DNA of 64,000 bases from Terriglobia bacterium (GTDB lineage: Bacteria; Acidobacteriota; Terriglobia; JAJPHL01; JAPKYU01). The notes beneath the pieces were generated by a model. The model was not told the origin of the DNA, did not search any database, and saw only the letters and a program-made list of their open reading frames with translations. This document shows, piece after piece, positions 28,915 through 40,281 of this stretch. The stretch spans positions 1,568,001-1,632,000 of the forward strand of contig CBDCVK010000010.1 in assembly GCA_965223005.1 (NCBI GenBank). The letters are read 5' to 3'. The translations under genes were made by a program, and so were the position numbers. The first letter of the stretch is position 1; each line of letters starts with the position of its first letter.

Positions 28915-29907
28915 TCACGGGTTTCTGGAGGGCTGCTCGAGCGAGAACAGGGCGCGCGCCAGGCGCCGAAGTTCCGCGGCGTCCTCGACGCGTTCACGCC
29001 ACCCAGTGGGAATCGCCTCCTCGCCCAGATAGGCGCCAGCCAGCGCCCCCGCCATCGAGGCGATGGTGTCGGTATCGCCGCCGAGGCGGATCGCATAAAG
29101 GACCGCACCGGCAAACGAGTCGGGATGCCTCAGGAATGCGTACAGGGCCGTGGGCACGGAGCGGAAGGCCTCGATCCCGTTGCCGAGTCTCAACGCCGCC
29201 TCGGGCGGAGGCAGGTCGGCGGGGAGAGATTCCATCGATTCCAGGATTTCGCGGAAAAGCTTCGTCTGAACACGCCGTGCCAACTCACGAAGCAGCGAGG
29301 GAGGGTGCAGCGGTTGCCCCGGCTCGGCCTCGAGCAGCAGAGCAATCGCGCAAGCCTGCAATACCGCACCGTCCACACCGCGCTCGTGAGTGTGCGTGAG
29401 CACAGCGGACTGCTGCGCCAGTCGCGCCACCCGGTCCAAATCTCGAAAGGCAAATAGGGCCACTGGCGCCACTCGCATGGCTGCCCCATTCCCGTAGGAA
29501 CCGGTGCCGCCAAACAGGCTTCCTGCCGCCTGGTCCCACGGCACACCCTGGCGCATCAAGCCGAACACGTGCGGCGGCCCACCCCCGTAGCCGCGCCACG
29601 GCTCTTGTTCAAAGTTTCGGGCGAATCCCTCGGCGGTATGCGCGGCGTCGAAGCCCTGCTTTTCAATCAGCGACCACGCCAGCCCCAGGGTCATGTGCGT
29701 GTCGTCGGTGTAGCGAAGCAGGTCCGGATCACTGGCGAACTTTGCCAGTTCATCCGGGTCCACCGATCCGACGCCTTCGAACCGCGCCCCCAGCGCATCG
29801 CCGACCGCGACACCCAGCATCGCCCCGCAAAACCGGCCCTCCGTCAGCGTCTCAAGCCTCCAGCCTCCGGCCAATCTTGGGCCTCGCGTTGAGCTTCTTC
29901 CAGGCAC
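28915..29907 (-). CDS. ADP-ribosylglycohydrolase family protein
   Basis: 'GAMLGVAVGDALG', 'YTDDT', 'GNGAAMRVAP' and 'GGDTDT'. True start is probably ~50-90 nt downstream of 29907. Confidence 0.93.
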   Translation of the reverse strand: MPGRSSTRGPRLAGGWRLETLTEGRFCGAMLGVAVGDALGARFEGVGSVDPDELAKFASDPDLLRYTDDTHMTLGLAWSLIEKQGFDAAHTAEGFARNFEQEPWRGYGGGPPHVFGLMRQGVPWDQAAGSLFGGTGSYGNGAAMRVAPVALFAFRDLDRVARLAQQSAVLTHTHERGVDGAVLQACAIALLLEAEPGQPLHPPSLLRELARRVQTKLFREILESMESLPADLPPPEAALRLGNGIEAFRSVPTALYAFLRHPDSFAGAVLYAIRLGGDTDTIASMAGALAGAYLGEEAIPTGWRERVEDAAELRRLARALFSLEQPSRNP

Positions 29908-30011
29908 TTGCTCGGGACCTTCACCGCGAGGTCCGCCTGGGCTCGGGAAGGGCAGGGCCTAGTCGCAGCCAAACAAGTTGGGGCGGGCCAAGGCAGGAGT
30001 TGCAGGCCGTG

Positions 30012-31553
<1,542 letters not shown>

Positions 31554-31636
31554 GTAGATAGCGATGTTAGCACACCCGGCTGGCTGGCTCGAACGCCGGG
31601 GCGCTCAGCCGGCCCGCTGCGCCGTGAACGGGGTGC

Positions 31637-32302
31637 TCAGCCGGGTCGCTGCGCCGTGAAATAGCTGGCCCACAAGACGAAGTTGCCAGCGGCATACTTC
31701 CATCCGGAGGGCTTCAGCATTGCACGCAAAGGCAACTGGAACTGGCGGCGAGTGCGATGGGCGTGTGTCACGTGGAACTGCCGGTTCAGCAGTCTCGCGG
31801 CGGCCTCATGGGTCCAATGGTGTGGATGCAGCCGATCTGGCCAAAGCAACGGCAACACGCACGCCGGAAAGCTGTGCACCATTGCCAGCAGCGTTCCGTG
31901 CGGGCGCAGGACGCGGTGGACCTCGGCCAGGGCCGCCTGCGGATCGCGCATGTGGTCAAATGCGTTGAAGCAGATGCACACATCTACGCCTGCAGCAGCC
32001 AGCGACAGTTGCGGCTCGGCCAACGGCAGGCGTCCGCGGTATTCGACCAGCAGCGGATCCAGGCGCACTCGTGCCCCGGCTTCGGGCAGGAAGTGTACCA
32101 ACCCGACCGGACCGCAGCCCACATCCAGCACCCGGCGACCGGCAAAGAAGTCGGGCGGCAAGGCGAATTTTCTCCGCTCGCCAGCCCAGTAGCTTTCCAG
32201 GTCCAAGCCCTGGTAGGCAGGAAGTTCCCCCCAATGCTCCCAGAAATCCAGCTCGCGCCGTTGGGCTTGGCGCCAGCGGCGCGCGGAAACCGATGCAGTC
32301 AT
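31637..32302 (-). CDS. Class I SAM-dependent methyltransferase
   Basis: 'RVLDVGCGPVG' and 'NAFDHMRDP..EVHRVLRP.G'. Confidence 0.8.
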   Translation of the reverse strand: MTASVSARRWRQAQRRELDFWEHWGELPAYQGLDLESYWAGERRKFALPPDFFAGRRVLDVGCGPVGLVHFLPEAGARVRLDPLLVEYRGRLPLAEPQLSLAAAGVDVCICFNAFDHMRDPQAALAEVHRVLRPHGTLLAMVHSFPACVLPLLWPDRLHPHHWTHEAAARLLNRQFHVTHAHRTRRQFQLPLRAMLKPSGWKYAAGNFVLWASYFTAQRPG

Positions 32303-32446
32303 CAAGCCGTTGAAGTTTTGCGGACCGCTGCCCGGGGATGTTCCCTTCTCCCTACACATTCCCCTATGCATTCCCCTGCCCAAGCGACCCGGCCAGGTCG
32401 GCCAGTTCCCTGATGCGCTTGTTCTTTAGCGTGAGGCGCCTTCGGG

Positions 32447-33328
32447 CTAGGAGAGCGCTGAGCGGACAACCTTCTCCGTGAGCTGGAAGGCGCGCGAAGC
32501 GACCGCCTTGAGGTCGGAAGCATAATCCTTGCCTTGGATGCACTCCACGTGCCAGAACCCGTCGAATCCTTTGGCGTCGAGGACCTGAACAAATTCCTTC
32601 AACGGCAGTTCTCCTTCCCCGGGCATGATCCGGTCCAAGTCAATGCCCGGGTCGCTCAGGTCCGCTGGAGCATCCGCCAGATGGACAGCAATGATCTTGT
32701 TCAGCGGGAACGCCTCAAGGTCTTTCAAGCTTGAGGAACCGGCGTAGAAGTGATAGCTGTCGATCGTCACACCGCCATTTGAGGCGCCGGCAAGGTCCAC
32801 TATTTCCCAAGCCACGGCGAGGCTTTTTAACTGGGGGCTCGGCCCGATAAACTCCAGACCCAGAGGCATCCCCAGAGTGTCCGCGTACTGGCACAGTTCC
32901 CGGAACCCCTGGGCAGCCTGGCGCACCTCTCCCGTTTCAAAGGACCCGACGATGCTGGCGTTCTGGCAGCCGGCGGCATGCGCCAGGTCCAGTGAAGACT
33001 TGGCGAGGGACAACGCGTTTTGCCGAGCGCTGCCACTGGCGAAGGCCCAGCCCTCGGCCACGAATGTGCATCCCGTCAGGGGCATGTGGAGCTTCTGCAC
33101 GAGCGTCTTGAGTTGCGAGAGGGCGCCGCGCTCTTGGTAAAAGGAAACCAGGTCCCACCAGCTTGTCCCGACGCCACCGAAGCCGGCCTTTTTGGCGATA
33201 CGCATCTTGGTTTCCAACGGGCTGCTCGTCGGAACCCGGCCTTTCATGAACCACGGGAAATACCAGCCGATGACGCGGTGATCAATAAAGGAAAACTTCG
33301 GTTGCTTCATTGGCTTCGGTTGTTTCAT
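32447..33328 (-). CDS. Sugar phosphate isomerase/epimerase (AP endonuclease 2 TIM barrel)
   Basis: 'LGLEF', 'IDSYHF', 'VHLAD' and 'RIMPGEG.LPL..GFDG..HVE'. The N-terminal MKQPK is duplicated. Confidence 0.88.
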   Translation of the reverse strand: MKQPKPMKQPKFSFIDHRVIGWYFPWFMKGRVPTSSPLETKMRIAKKAGFGGVGTSWWDLVSFYQERGALSQLKTLVQKLHMPLTGCTFVAEGWAFASGSARQNALSLAKSSLDLAHAAGCQNASIVGSFETGEVRQAAQGFRELCQYADTLGMPLGLEFIGPSPQLKSLAVAWEIVDLAGASNGGVTIDSYHFYAGSSSLKDLEAFPLNKIIAVHLADAPADLSDPGIDLDRIMPGEGELPLKEFVQVLDAKGFDGFWHVECIQGKDYASDLKAVASRAFQLTEKVVRSALS

Positions 33329-33496
33329 TGGAAGGATCTCCTCACAGCTATTTTGCCCACGCGGACATGCATGCCGGTCACGTTCGCCCGGTCCGCGCGT
33401 GAACACCAAGCCTGCTTTGACACGCTGGCCTGACTGGGCGTTCCATCTTCCCACTTGTTGCGGGTCGGCCGCAAGATCGGCCCTCCAACCTTGGGT

Positions 33497-34516
33497 TCAA
33501 CTCAGCTTGGTAGGTTTGCGCGGGGTGTCCGGGTCCAGGCCCTTGACGGCGGCCAGCGTGGCGGCGAAAAGCTGGCCGGGAACGATATAGGGGATGGGTG
33601 CGTACAGCTCCTGGAGCGCCACGGGGATGCGCAGCAGGCGCGTCGCCAACTTGTCCAGAGGCCGGCAGGAGATGACCAGGCTTTCTGCGCGCAGTTCCTG
33701 CAGCCTCCGGAGGATGTCGGTGGTGCCCTCTTGCGTCAGGCCGGGCGGCGCGAAAACGATCACCGGGAAACCGGATTCCACCCGTGTAGAAGTTGGCAAG
33801 AAAATGGCCGAAGAGAAGCGCTCGGCGACCACGTCGCAGGTTTCCGTGAGCTTCAGGGCCAGCTCCCAGGCGTTGGCGTAATTCAGCCCGCGGGCCACCA
33901 CCGCCGCATGACGCAGAAAGCGGTAGCGCTCCACCAGGGACTCTACCTGAGAACGCAGCTTGAGCGCGCGTTCGGCGTGATCCGGCAGCCGCGCCAAGTC
34001 CTCCAGTACGATGCGTCCACCCAGCCCCCAGGCCAGCAGGTAGAGCAGGAGCAGCTGGCTGGTGTAGGTCTTGGTAGCCGCCACGCCGCGCTCCTTGCCC
34101 GCATGAACGAACCAACACTCGTCCACCAAGCCCACCATCGAAGACTTCGGCTCATTGGTCATGCCCAGGGTGTAGGCCCCATGCTTGCGACAGGATTCCA
34201 GGACCAGGTTGACGTCCTCATCCTCCCCAGACTGAGAGAGGCCGACCGCCAGCGCGCCTTCCAGCCGCAGCCCGCTGCGGTACAGGGTGTGTACCGAAGG
34301 CGCGCAGAGAGAGACTGGGATACCGGTGGTGATTTCGATCAGGTACCGGCCGAACAGTGCAGCGGTGTCGGACGTTCCCCGAGCCACCAGCACCACCATA
34401 CGAAAGTCGCGGAGTGAGGAGAGGGTGCGGAATCGTCGGGCCTTGCCCAACTCCCGCTGGTAGGTGCGCTCGAGCGCTCCCGGCTGCTCTTCAATTTCGC
34501 GAAGCATGATGGACAT
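33497..34516 (-). CDS. Double-SIS domain protein (GlmS-C / glucosamine-6-P deaminase-like)
   Basis: 'MLREIEEQP', 'ARGTS', 'SQSGE', 'VAATKTY', 'ELALKLTE' and 'GLDPDTPR'. Confidence 0.9.
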   Translation of the reverse strand: MSIMLREIEEQPGALERTYQRELGKARRFRTLSSLRDFRMVVLVARGTSDTAALFGRYLIEITTGIPVSLCAPSVHTLYRSGLRLEGALAVGLSQSGEDEDVNLVLESCRKHGAYTLGMTNEPKSSMVGLVDECWFVHAGKERGVAATKTYTSQLLLLYLLAWGLGGRIVLEDLARLPDHAERALKLRSQVESLVERYRFLRHAAVVARGLNYANAWELALKLTETCDVVAERFSSAIFLPTSTRVESGFPVIVFAPPGLTQEGTTDILRRLQELRAESLVISCRPLDKLATRLLRIPVALQELYAPIPYIVPGQLFAATLAAVKGLDPDTPRKPTKLS

Positions 34517-34687
34517 GGATCTTGTTCACCTCGCGGTGGTCGCCTGCCGGGACCATTGTATGCCTGCTTGTCCAAGAAGTGGATGACAACCCGGCAGGTC
34601 CCAGCTTTGTCCGACTTGCTGTGGAGGACTGGGTCAGCAGTCCGAATTGGCAGAGCGCCCGCCGTCAGGGAGCCACGGTGTGCAAGC

Positions 34688-36466
34688 TCACTGAGCTACT
34701 GGTACGTATTTCCGCGGTAGGGGGATGACCTCCCGCGCCGCCAGCGGGCCGGCGGGCTCGCGCAAGATGTGCGGCGTCAGCACCAGAATCACATCCGTTT
34801 CGGCGGTCTCCTGTGTGCGCTGCCCAAACAGGTAACCCAACACCGGAACCTCAGCCAGGAAGGGAGTTCCGATCAGCGAGCTGCGTTCTTCGCGGGACAG
34901 GACGCCTGTGATCAGGGTGGCCTGCCCATTGCGAACCCGCACCACCTGCTCCGTCTCGCGGTTGCTGAAGCTGGGCAGGCCGCTGAACGTCTGCCCGGTC
35001 AGCGATCGCGCCTGAACCTGCACGTGTAAAGAGATCTCCTGCCCACTGTGGATCCGCGGTGTGACCTGCAGGCTGATCCCGATGTCCTCAAAGGTGAACG
35101 AAGGGACGGGGTTGATCAAGGTGCCCTGCTGCTGCCCTTGCTGTATATCGGCGCCAAAGGCGGGGGAGTAGATGGCGTTGATGACCGGGAAGCGCTCGCC
35201 CACCATCAGGGACGCGGGCTGGCCGTCGCTGCCGCGCACCGTCAGGGTCGAGATCCTCTGCACCAGCGCCTCGGAGAGCCGGGCGCGAAATTCGACAAAG
35301 GGTAGGGTCACGCCAAAGAAGCTGAGACCTCCGCCAAACGTGCCCAGGGGCGGTTGGGACTCGGCGCCGGCCATAGCCGGCGCGCGCCCGAGCAGCTGCG
35401 ACAGGGGGACCGCCACGCCCGACTGCACCCGACCATTCAGCGGGGACAGCTTGAACAGGCTGGTCTGTTGGAGGGAGAGCACTCCCAGCTCACGGGCGCG
35501 CCGGGAGTTCACCTCCAGTGTCTCCAATTCCAGTAGCACTTCGGGGCGGCCCACATCTAAAATCCGCACCAGACGCTCGGCTGCCCGCACCTTGGCTGCA
35601 GTGTCGCGCACCGTAATTACTTTCTGTGCCGGGTTGGGCCGCACAAACTTCATCTCCAGCAGCGCCCGCAGTGCGGTGGCGACTTCGGTGATCGCCTCCG
35701 GCGTAGCCAGTTCGTTCACCACCAAGTGCTGCAACACCTGGCGCTCGAACTGCTTCCTGTTCTGGGGGGTATCGGGAGCCACCAGCGCCACCTGTTCCGC
35801 CAGCGGCGCGATGATGGTCCCGGTGACGGTGGCCAGGACGCGAGCGGCGGTAGCAAAATCGGCTTCTTCTAAATGGAATCGCGTACGGGCACGTGGGACC
35901 GCGTCCTCAAATTCAAACTGGATTCCGTAGAAGGCGCCCAAGGCCAGGTACAGAGCGCGCGGGTCACCGCGCAGGTTCCAGGCACGACGCACCGGGCGCG
36001 GCTGCAAGGCCAGCAAGGGTTCGATCGCCGGTAACCTGGGAGCAGGGGCCGGGCGTTGCTGCCGCCCTGCCGCCAAGTCCGCCGCTTCCCGGGCACGCTC
36101 CAGTTGCTGGCGTGCGAATTCGTTGGAGGAGTCCAGTTCCGATGCCTGCTCAAACTGGCTCACCGCTTCGGCGTAGCGTTTCTGGCGGACCAGGCGCAGG
36201 CCGGCGCTCACGTGCTGGAACGCTACGCGCTGGCGAGCCATCTCGCGGTGCAGGATCATGCGGGGGTCCCTGGGCGCAAGTTCAGCGGCGCGCTTGTAAG
36301 CGTCCAGAGCCTCGCGAAGCTTACCCGCCTTTTCCAGGCGCTGCCCCTCTCGGTAGGCCCGCTGGGCCTGCCGGTCGGCGGCTTGACCCAGTCCCGCCAA
36401 CAGCAAAAAAACGCACAGGATCCGGACCGTGGCAGCAATTCCGGTCATCGACACGCCGAGACTCAC
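34688..36466 (-). CDS. TPR-containing secretin (type II/III secretion family)
   Basis: N-terminal TPRs and Secretin_N, then C-terminal 'DIGISLQVTPRI..VRNGQ..ITG..PFLAEVPVLGYLF..ILVLTPHI'. Confidence 0.9.
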   Translation of the reverse strand: MSLGVSMTGIAATVRILCVFLLLAGLGQAADRQAQRAYREGQRLEKAGKLREALDAYKRAAELAPRDPRMILHREMARQRVAFQHVSAGLRLVRQKRYAEAVSQFEQASELDSSNEFARQQLERAREAADLAAGRQQRPAPAPRLPAIEPLLALQPRPVRRAWNLRGDPRALYLALGAFYGIQFEFEDAVPRARTRFHLEEADFATAARVLATVTGTIIAPLAEQVALVAPDTPQNRKQFERQVLQHLVVNELATPEAITEVATALRALLEMKFVRPNPAQKVITVRDTAAKVRAAERLVRILDVGRPEVLLELETLEVNSRRARELGVLSLQQTSLFKLSPLNGRVQSGVAVPLSQLLGRAPAMAGAESQPPLGTFGGGLSFFGVTLPFVEFRARLSEALVQRISTLTVRGSDGQPASLMVGERFPVINAIYSPAFGADIQQGQQQGTLINPVPSFTFEDIGISLQVTPRIHSGQEISLHVQVQARSLTGQTFSGLPSFSNRETEQVVRVRNGQATLITGVLSREERSSLIGTPFLAEVPVLGYLFGQRTQETAETDVILVLTPHILREPAGPLAAREVIPLPRKYVPVAQ

Positions 36467-36740
36467 CCTGTTAGTAAAGACGATGTCCGAGCCGCTGGCG
36501 TTGAGTCACTCAGCCACACGGATAGGCCGGATAGGGTGGCCCGCGCCTGCGCGCCGTCTACTGCCGCGGCTTAGCCGTTCACTCATTTGCGCTTGCGGTC
36601 ACCCAAGCCCTCTGCTAGGGTGGCATCTTCCATAACTTGCCTCTTGCGGAGAAGGTAAGATATTCTTCTGGGGAGGCTTGGTTCCTCAGCGATACTGCGG
36701 GAAGTTCCGGTAAAGCTGGGGACCTGAGGGGAGTTCGCCG

Positions 36741-37001
36741 ATGGTATATGTGATTGCCGAGCCCTGTATCGGGACGAAGGATACTGCCTGTGTGGACGCT
36801 TGCCCGGTGGACTGCATCCACCCGAAGAAGGATGAGGCTGAGTACGAGGGCGTCGAGATGCTCTACATTGACCCGGTGGAGTGCATTGATTGCGGGGCCT
36901 GCGTGCCCGTCTGCCCGGTCACGGCAATCTTCGCCCTGGATGACCTGCCGGAGAAGTGGAACAACTTCACCGAGATCAATGCCGCCTGGTACAAGAAGTA
37001 A
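36741..37001 (+). CDS. Ferredoxin (FdxA-like dicluster)
   Basis: 'YVIAEPCIGTKDTACVDACPVDCI' and 'CIDCGACVPVCP'. Confidence 0.95.
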   Translation: MVYVIAEPCIGTKDTACVDACPVDCIHPKKDEAEYEGVEMLYIDPVECIDCGACVPVCPVTAIFALDDLPEKWNNFTEINAAWYKK

Positions 37002-37184
37002 CCGCGCCTAGAGTATTTGCCTAGAGTCGCGGTCGCCACCCAGGCGCGTGACGCTAGCGTTCCAACGACTGGTTCTTTTTAAAGCTCCTAAATCCCGGGT
37101 GCCCCTGGGCACGAAGAATCATGTAGAGTATTTGTGTATTCGTTTGTGCCCTGTCGTGGAGAGCACAGAAACGGCGGTGTGGTC

Positions 37185-37934
37185 ATGATTCTCTGGACGC
37201 GAGTAGCAATGATCGGCTTTGCCCTGGCGGCGGGGCAGGTAGTAATGGCACAGCACGGCCACATCCTTGAGATGCCACCGCAAAAGGGAATGACGCCCGC
37301 AGCCAGCGGCCCACCGGGTGAAGCGCCGGATGAATGGGTGGTGGGCGGGAAGGTGGTAGGCAAGCGAGTCGAACCGGAGCCCGGGGAGTTTTGTGTGGTC
37401 TGCAACGAACAACTGCACGAGGGGGATGTGGTGTATATGGTGCAGGGCCAGCGCGTCGCCGTTCACCTGGGAGCGTGCCAGCAATATCTAAGCGCCCAGC
37501 CGCGTCGATGGCTTTCGCAGCTCAAGCCGAGTGGCGCCTTCCTGAGCGCCCGAGGGGATCAGGTGGCTCTCTCGCCGTTCTGGTTCTTCGCCGGTCTCTA
37601 CGTCCTGCTGGGGGTGGTCTTTGCAGGTGCCTGCGCGCACCAGGCCGTGCAGAAAGCTCTGCCGCCGGTTCGCTGGTTCTTCGTCGGATTATTCTTGAAT
37701 GCGGTGGGTTACTTGGTTCTGGTCACTCGACCGTCTGGCCAAGTGAGCCAGCTCCCCGAGGGCGTTCCGAAGGGCCTGCGCAAGGTGCCCCACACCCATT
37801 CCTTCACCGAGTGTCCCAAGTGCGGCTACCACAACCACCCGTCCGCTCAATCCTGCCTGGGTTGTGGTGCAGCGGTGACCCCGTCGTTTGAATCAGAGGC
37901 CGCTCGCTGGCACAAAGAGCATCCCATCCATTAA
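37185..37934 (+). CDS. Membrane protein with Cys/His metal sites and C-terminal zinc ribbon
   Basis: Signal segment, CxxC..HxxxC, two TM helices and 'CPKCG..CLGCG'. Confidence 0.7.
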   Translation: MILWTRVAMIGFALAAGQVVMAQHGHILEMPPQKGMTPAASGPPGEAPDEWVVGGKVVGKRVEPEPGEFCVVCNEQLHEGDVVYMVQGQRVAVHLGACQQYLSAQPRRWLSQLKPSGAFLSARGDQVALSPFWFFAGLYVLLGVVFAGACAHQAVQKALPPVRWFFVGLFLNAVGYLVLVTRPSGQVSQLPEGVPKGLRKVPHTHSFTECPKCGYHNHPSAQSCLGCGAAVTPSFESEAARWHKEHPIH

Positions 37935-37942
37935 AACGAAAC

Positions 37943-40237
37943 ATGCTCGGTAGACTCCAACGCTGGATGGAAGGGATCTTCGAGACGGCCAACGGGACGG
38001 CTCGGCGCCCGGATCTCAACCAGCATCGTGAGTCCAATATCCCTGGGCTGTACGTCATCGGCGACCTTGCCGGGGCGCCGGTGATTAAGCTGGCCATGGC
38101 GCAGGGTGTGGAAGTCATCGAGCACATCGCCCGGAAGCTGGAGACTCGCTCCAGTGACCCGAACGTGTACGACGTGATTGTGGTGGGTACCGGAGCCGCT
38201 GGCTTGAATGCGGCGCTGGCCGCCAAAGACAAGGGGCTGCGCTGCCTGGTGTTGGAGAAGAACAAGATCGCCAACACCATCGAGGACTTTCCAGAGGGCA
38301 AGTGGATCTACGCCGAGCCGGACGACACCCCGCCCAAGGGCAAGCTCTGGTTGGACGGGGCCACCAAGGAAACGCTGATCGAACGCTGGAACCAGATCAT
38401 CCGCGACTACGACCTGGAGGTTCATGCCGGCGACGGACTGAAAAGCATCAACCGCCACAAGGACGGCAGCTTCACACTGCATACGGAGCAGGGAAAACAG
38501 TACCAGGCCCAGCGGATCGTCCTGGCCACCGGACAGCGGGGCAACCCCCGCCGGTTGGGAGTTCCCGGCGAGGACGAAGAGCGAGTCTATCACCGCCTCT
38601 TTAGTCCGAAGCTGTACCATGACGAGCAGATCCTGATAGTCGGCGGCGGCAACTCGGCGGCCGAAGCGGCCCTCACCCTGAGCGAGCGCAACCAGGTCAC
38701 TCTCAGCTACCGCGGCGAGCAGTTCTATCGGCTCTTCAAGGACAATGAGCGCCTGCTCCAGGAAGCCATTGCTGCCGGACGCCTCCGGCCTATCTTGAGC
38801 TCCAACGTCACCGAGTTTGGGGAGCAGGAGGCCACTCTTAAAATCGAGAAAGACGGCAAGACAACCAACGAAAAAGTTTCTTACGACCATGCCTTTGTGT
38901 TGGCTGGCTCGGAATTTCCCGGGCAATTCTTGAAGTCGTTGGGGCTAAGGCTGGAGAACGAGTGGTCGGGCAGCCTGGGAAGCTCGGCCGCTCTGGTGCT
39001 GGCCACCCTGCTGGGGTTGTGGGTCATGGGCGGCCAGGCTTCGCTGGAGGTGGCGCGGCAAATGCCCCGCTGGCTCGGCGGTCTGGTGGCGCTGGGCGCG
39101 TTCGGCACCTTGCTGGCGACTGCTGTGCGGGGCCAGCGCTGGTCGTGGCTGGGCTTTTCCTTCCTCGGCTTCTACTCGCTGTACGGCATCAAGGCTGGCC
39201 CGGACCAGGAATTCTGGCCCTACACCGGCTGGGCCTATCAACTGTTCAACTTCGGCAACCGCCCGGTGCAGTTTTGGTACTCGGTGCTCTATACCGTGGT
39301 GATGACCTTCTTTGGCTTGCAGGCACTGAAGCGCTGGGGCCTGGATCGCCAGGACAAGTTCCAGATCTGGCGCTTCTCCAGCCTGATTGGTTTCCAATGG
39401 GTCTTCTTTTTCCTGGTGCCGGAGTTCCTGTTCCAGTGGGCCATCCGCTACCAATGGATAGGTGAGCGGCTGGCCAGCGACCCCACCTTTGCCGAGCAGG
39501 GCTGGCGCAGCTACGGCATCGTTTATGCCTGGCCGCTGTTCTTCTACACCTTTTTCTACAATCCGCACCAGCTCTGGGTGATCTGGGGCGTGTTGCTGGC
39601 TTTCGGCATCATCCCGTTGATGGTCGTCTGGCACGGCAAGCGGTACTGCTCCTGGATCTGCGGCTGTGGTGGTCTGGCCGAAACCTTGGGGGACCGCTGG
39701 CGCCATCTGGCGCCGAAGGGCAAAACCAGCCTGCGCTGGGAGAAGATGAACCTGCTGGTGTTCGCTGCGGCCGTAGTGATCACCGCGATGATGCTGGGGC
39801 GCGATGTGGTGGAAGCGTTCAACAAGCCCGCCCAGCAGGGCATCCACATCTACCGGATAGTCGCCGATATCTGGCTGGTGGGCATCCTCCCGTTGACGCT
39901 CTATCCCTTCCTGGGCGGGAAAATCTGGTGTCGTTACTGGTGTCCGCTGGCCAAGATGATGGAGTTCTTTAGCCGCGCCTACGAGCGGCTCGGCATCAGC
40001 CGGTACCGCATTGCCTCCAACGAAAAATGCATCGCCTGCGGCGAGTGTACCCGCAACTGCCTGGTGGGAATTGACGTGATGCGCTTTGCCCTTAAGCAGG
40101 AGTCCATTACCAACGCTAACTCCAGCTGCATCGGCTGCGGCATCTGCGTCACCGTCTGCCCGATGGACGTCCTCAGCTTCGGTCTCGCGCCGCCCAAGTC
40201 CGGCTTGGTGCAAATCGGCAAAGCCATTTCGGCTTGA
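37943..40237 (+). CDS. TrxB/YpdA-like FAD/NAD(P) oxidoreductase fused to a NapH/CcoG-like membrane 4Fe-4S domain
   Basis: 'VVGTGAAG', 'LATG' and 'VGGGNSA'; multiple TM helices; 'CSWICGCG', 'CRYWCP' and two CxxCxxCxxxC motifs. Confidence 0.88.
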   Translation: MLGRLQRWMEGIFETANGTARRPDLNQHRESNIPGLYVIGDLAGAPVIKLAMAQGVEVIEHIARKLETRSSDPNVYDVIVVGTGAAGLNAALAAKDKGLRCLVLEKNKIANTIEDFPEGKWIYAEPDDTPPKGKLWLDGATKETLIERWNQIIRDYDLEVHAGDGLKSINRHKDGSFTLHTEQGKQYQAQRIVLATGQRGNPRRLGVPGEDEERVYHRLFSPKLYHDEQILIVGGGNSAAEAALTLSERNQVTLSYRGEQFYRLFKDNERLLQEAIAAGRLRPILSSNVTEFGEQEATLKIEKDGKTTNEKVSYDHAFVLAGSEFPGQFLKSLGLRLENEWSGSLGSSAALVLATLLGLWVMGGQASLEVARQMPRWLGGLVALGAFGTLLATAVRGQRWSWLGFSFLGFYSLYGIKAGPDQEFWPYTGWAYQLFNFGNRPVQFWYSVLYTVVMTFFGLQALKRWGLDRQDKFQIWRFSSLIGFQWVFFFLVPEFLFQWAIRYQWIGERLASDPTFAEQGWRSYGIVYAWPLFFYTFFYNPHQLWVIWGVLLAFGIIPLMVVWHGKRYCSWICGCGGLAETLGDRWRHLAPKGKTSLRWEKMNLLVFAAAVVITAMMLGRDVVEAFNKPAQQGIHIYRIVADIWLVGILPLTLYPFLGGKIWCRYWCPLAKMMEFFSRAYERLGISRYRIASNEKCIACGECTRNCLVGIDVMRFALKQESITNANSSCIGCGICVTVCPMDVLSFGLAPPKSGLVQIGKAISA

Positions 40238-40281
40238 CCCGGCGTGCACCTTCCCTGGGGTGGCTGCATCTATTGCAATAT

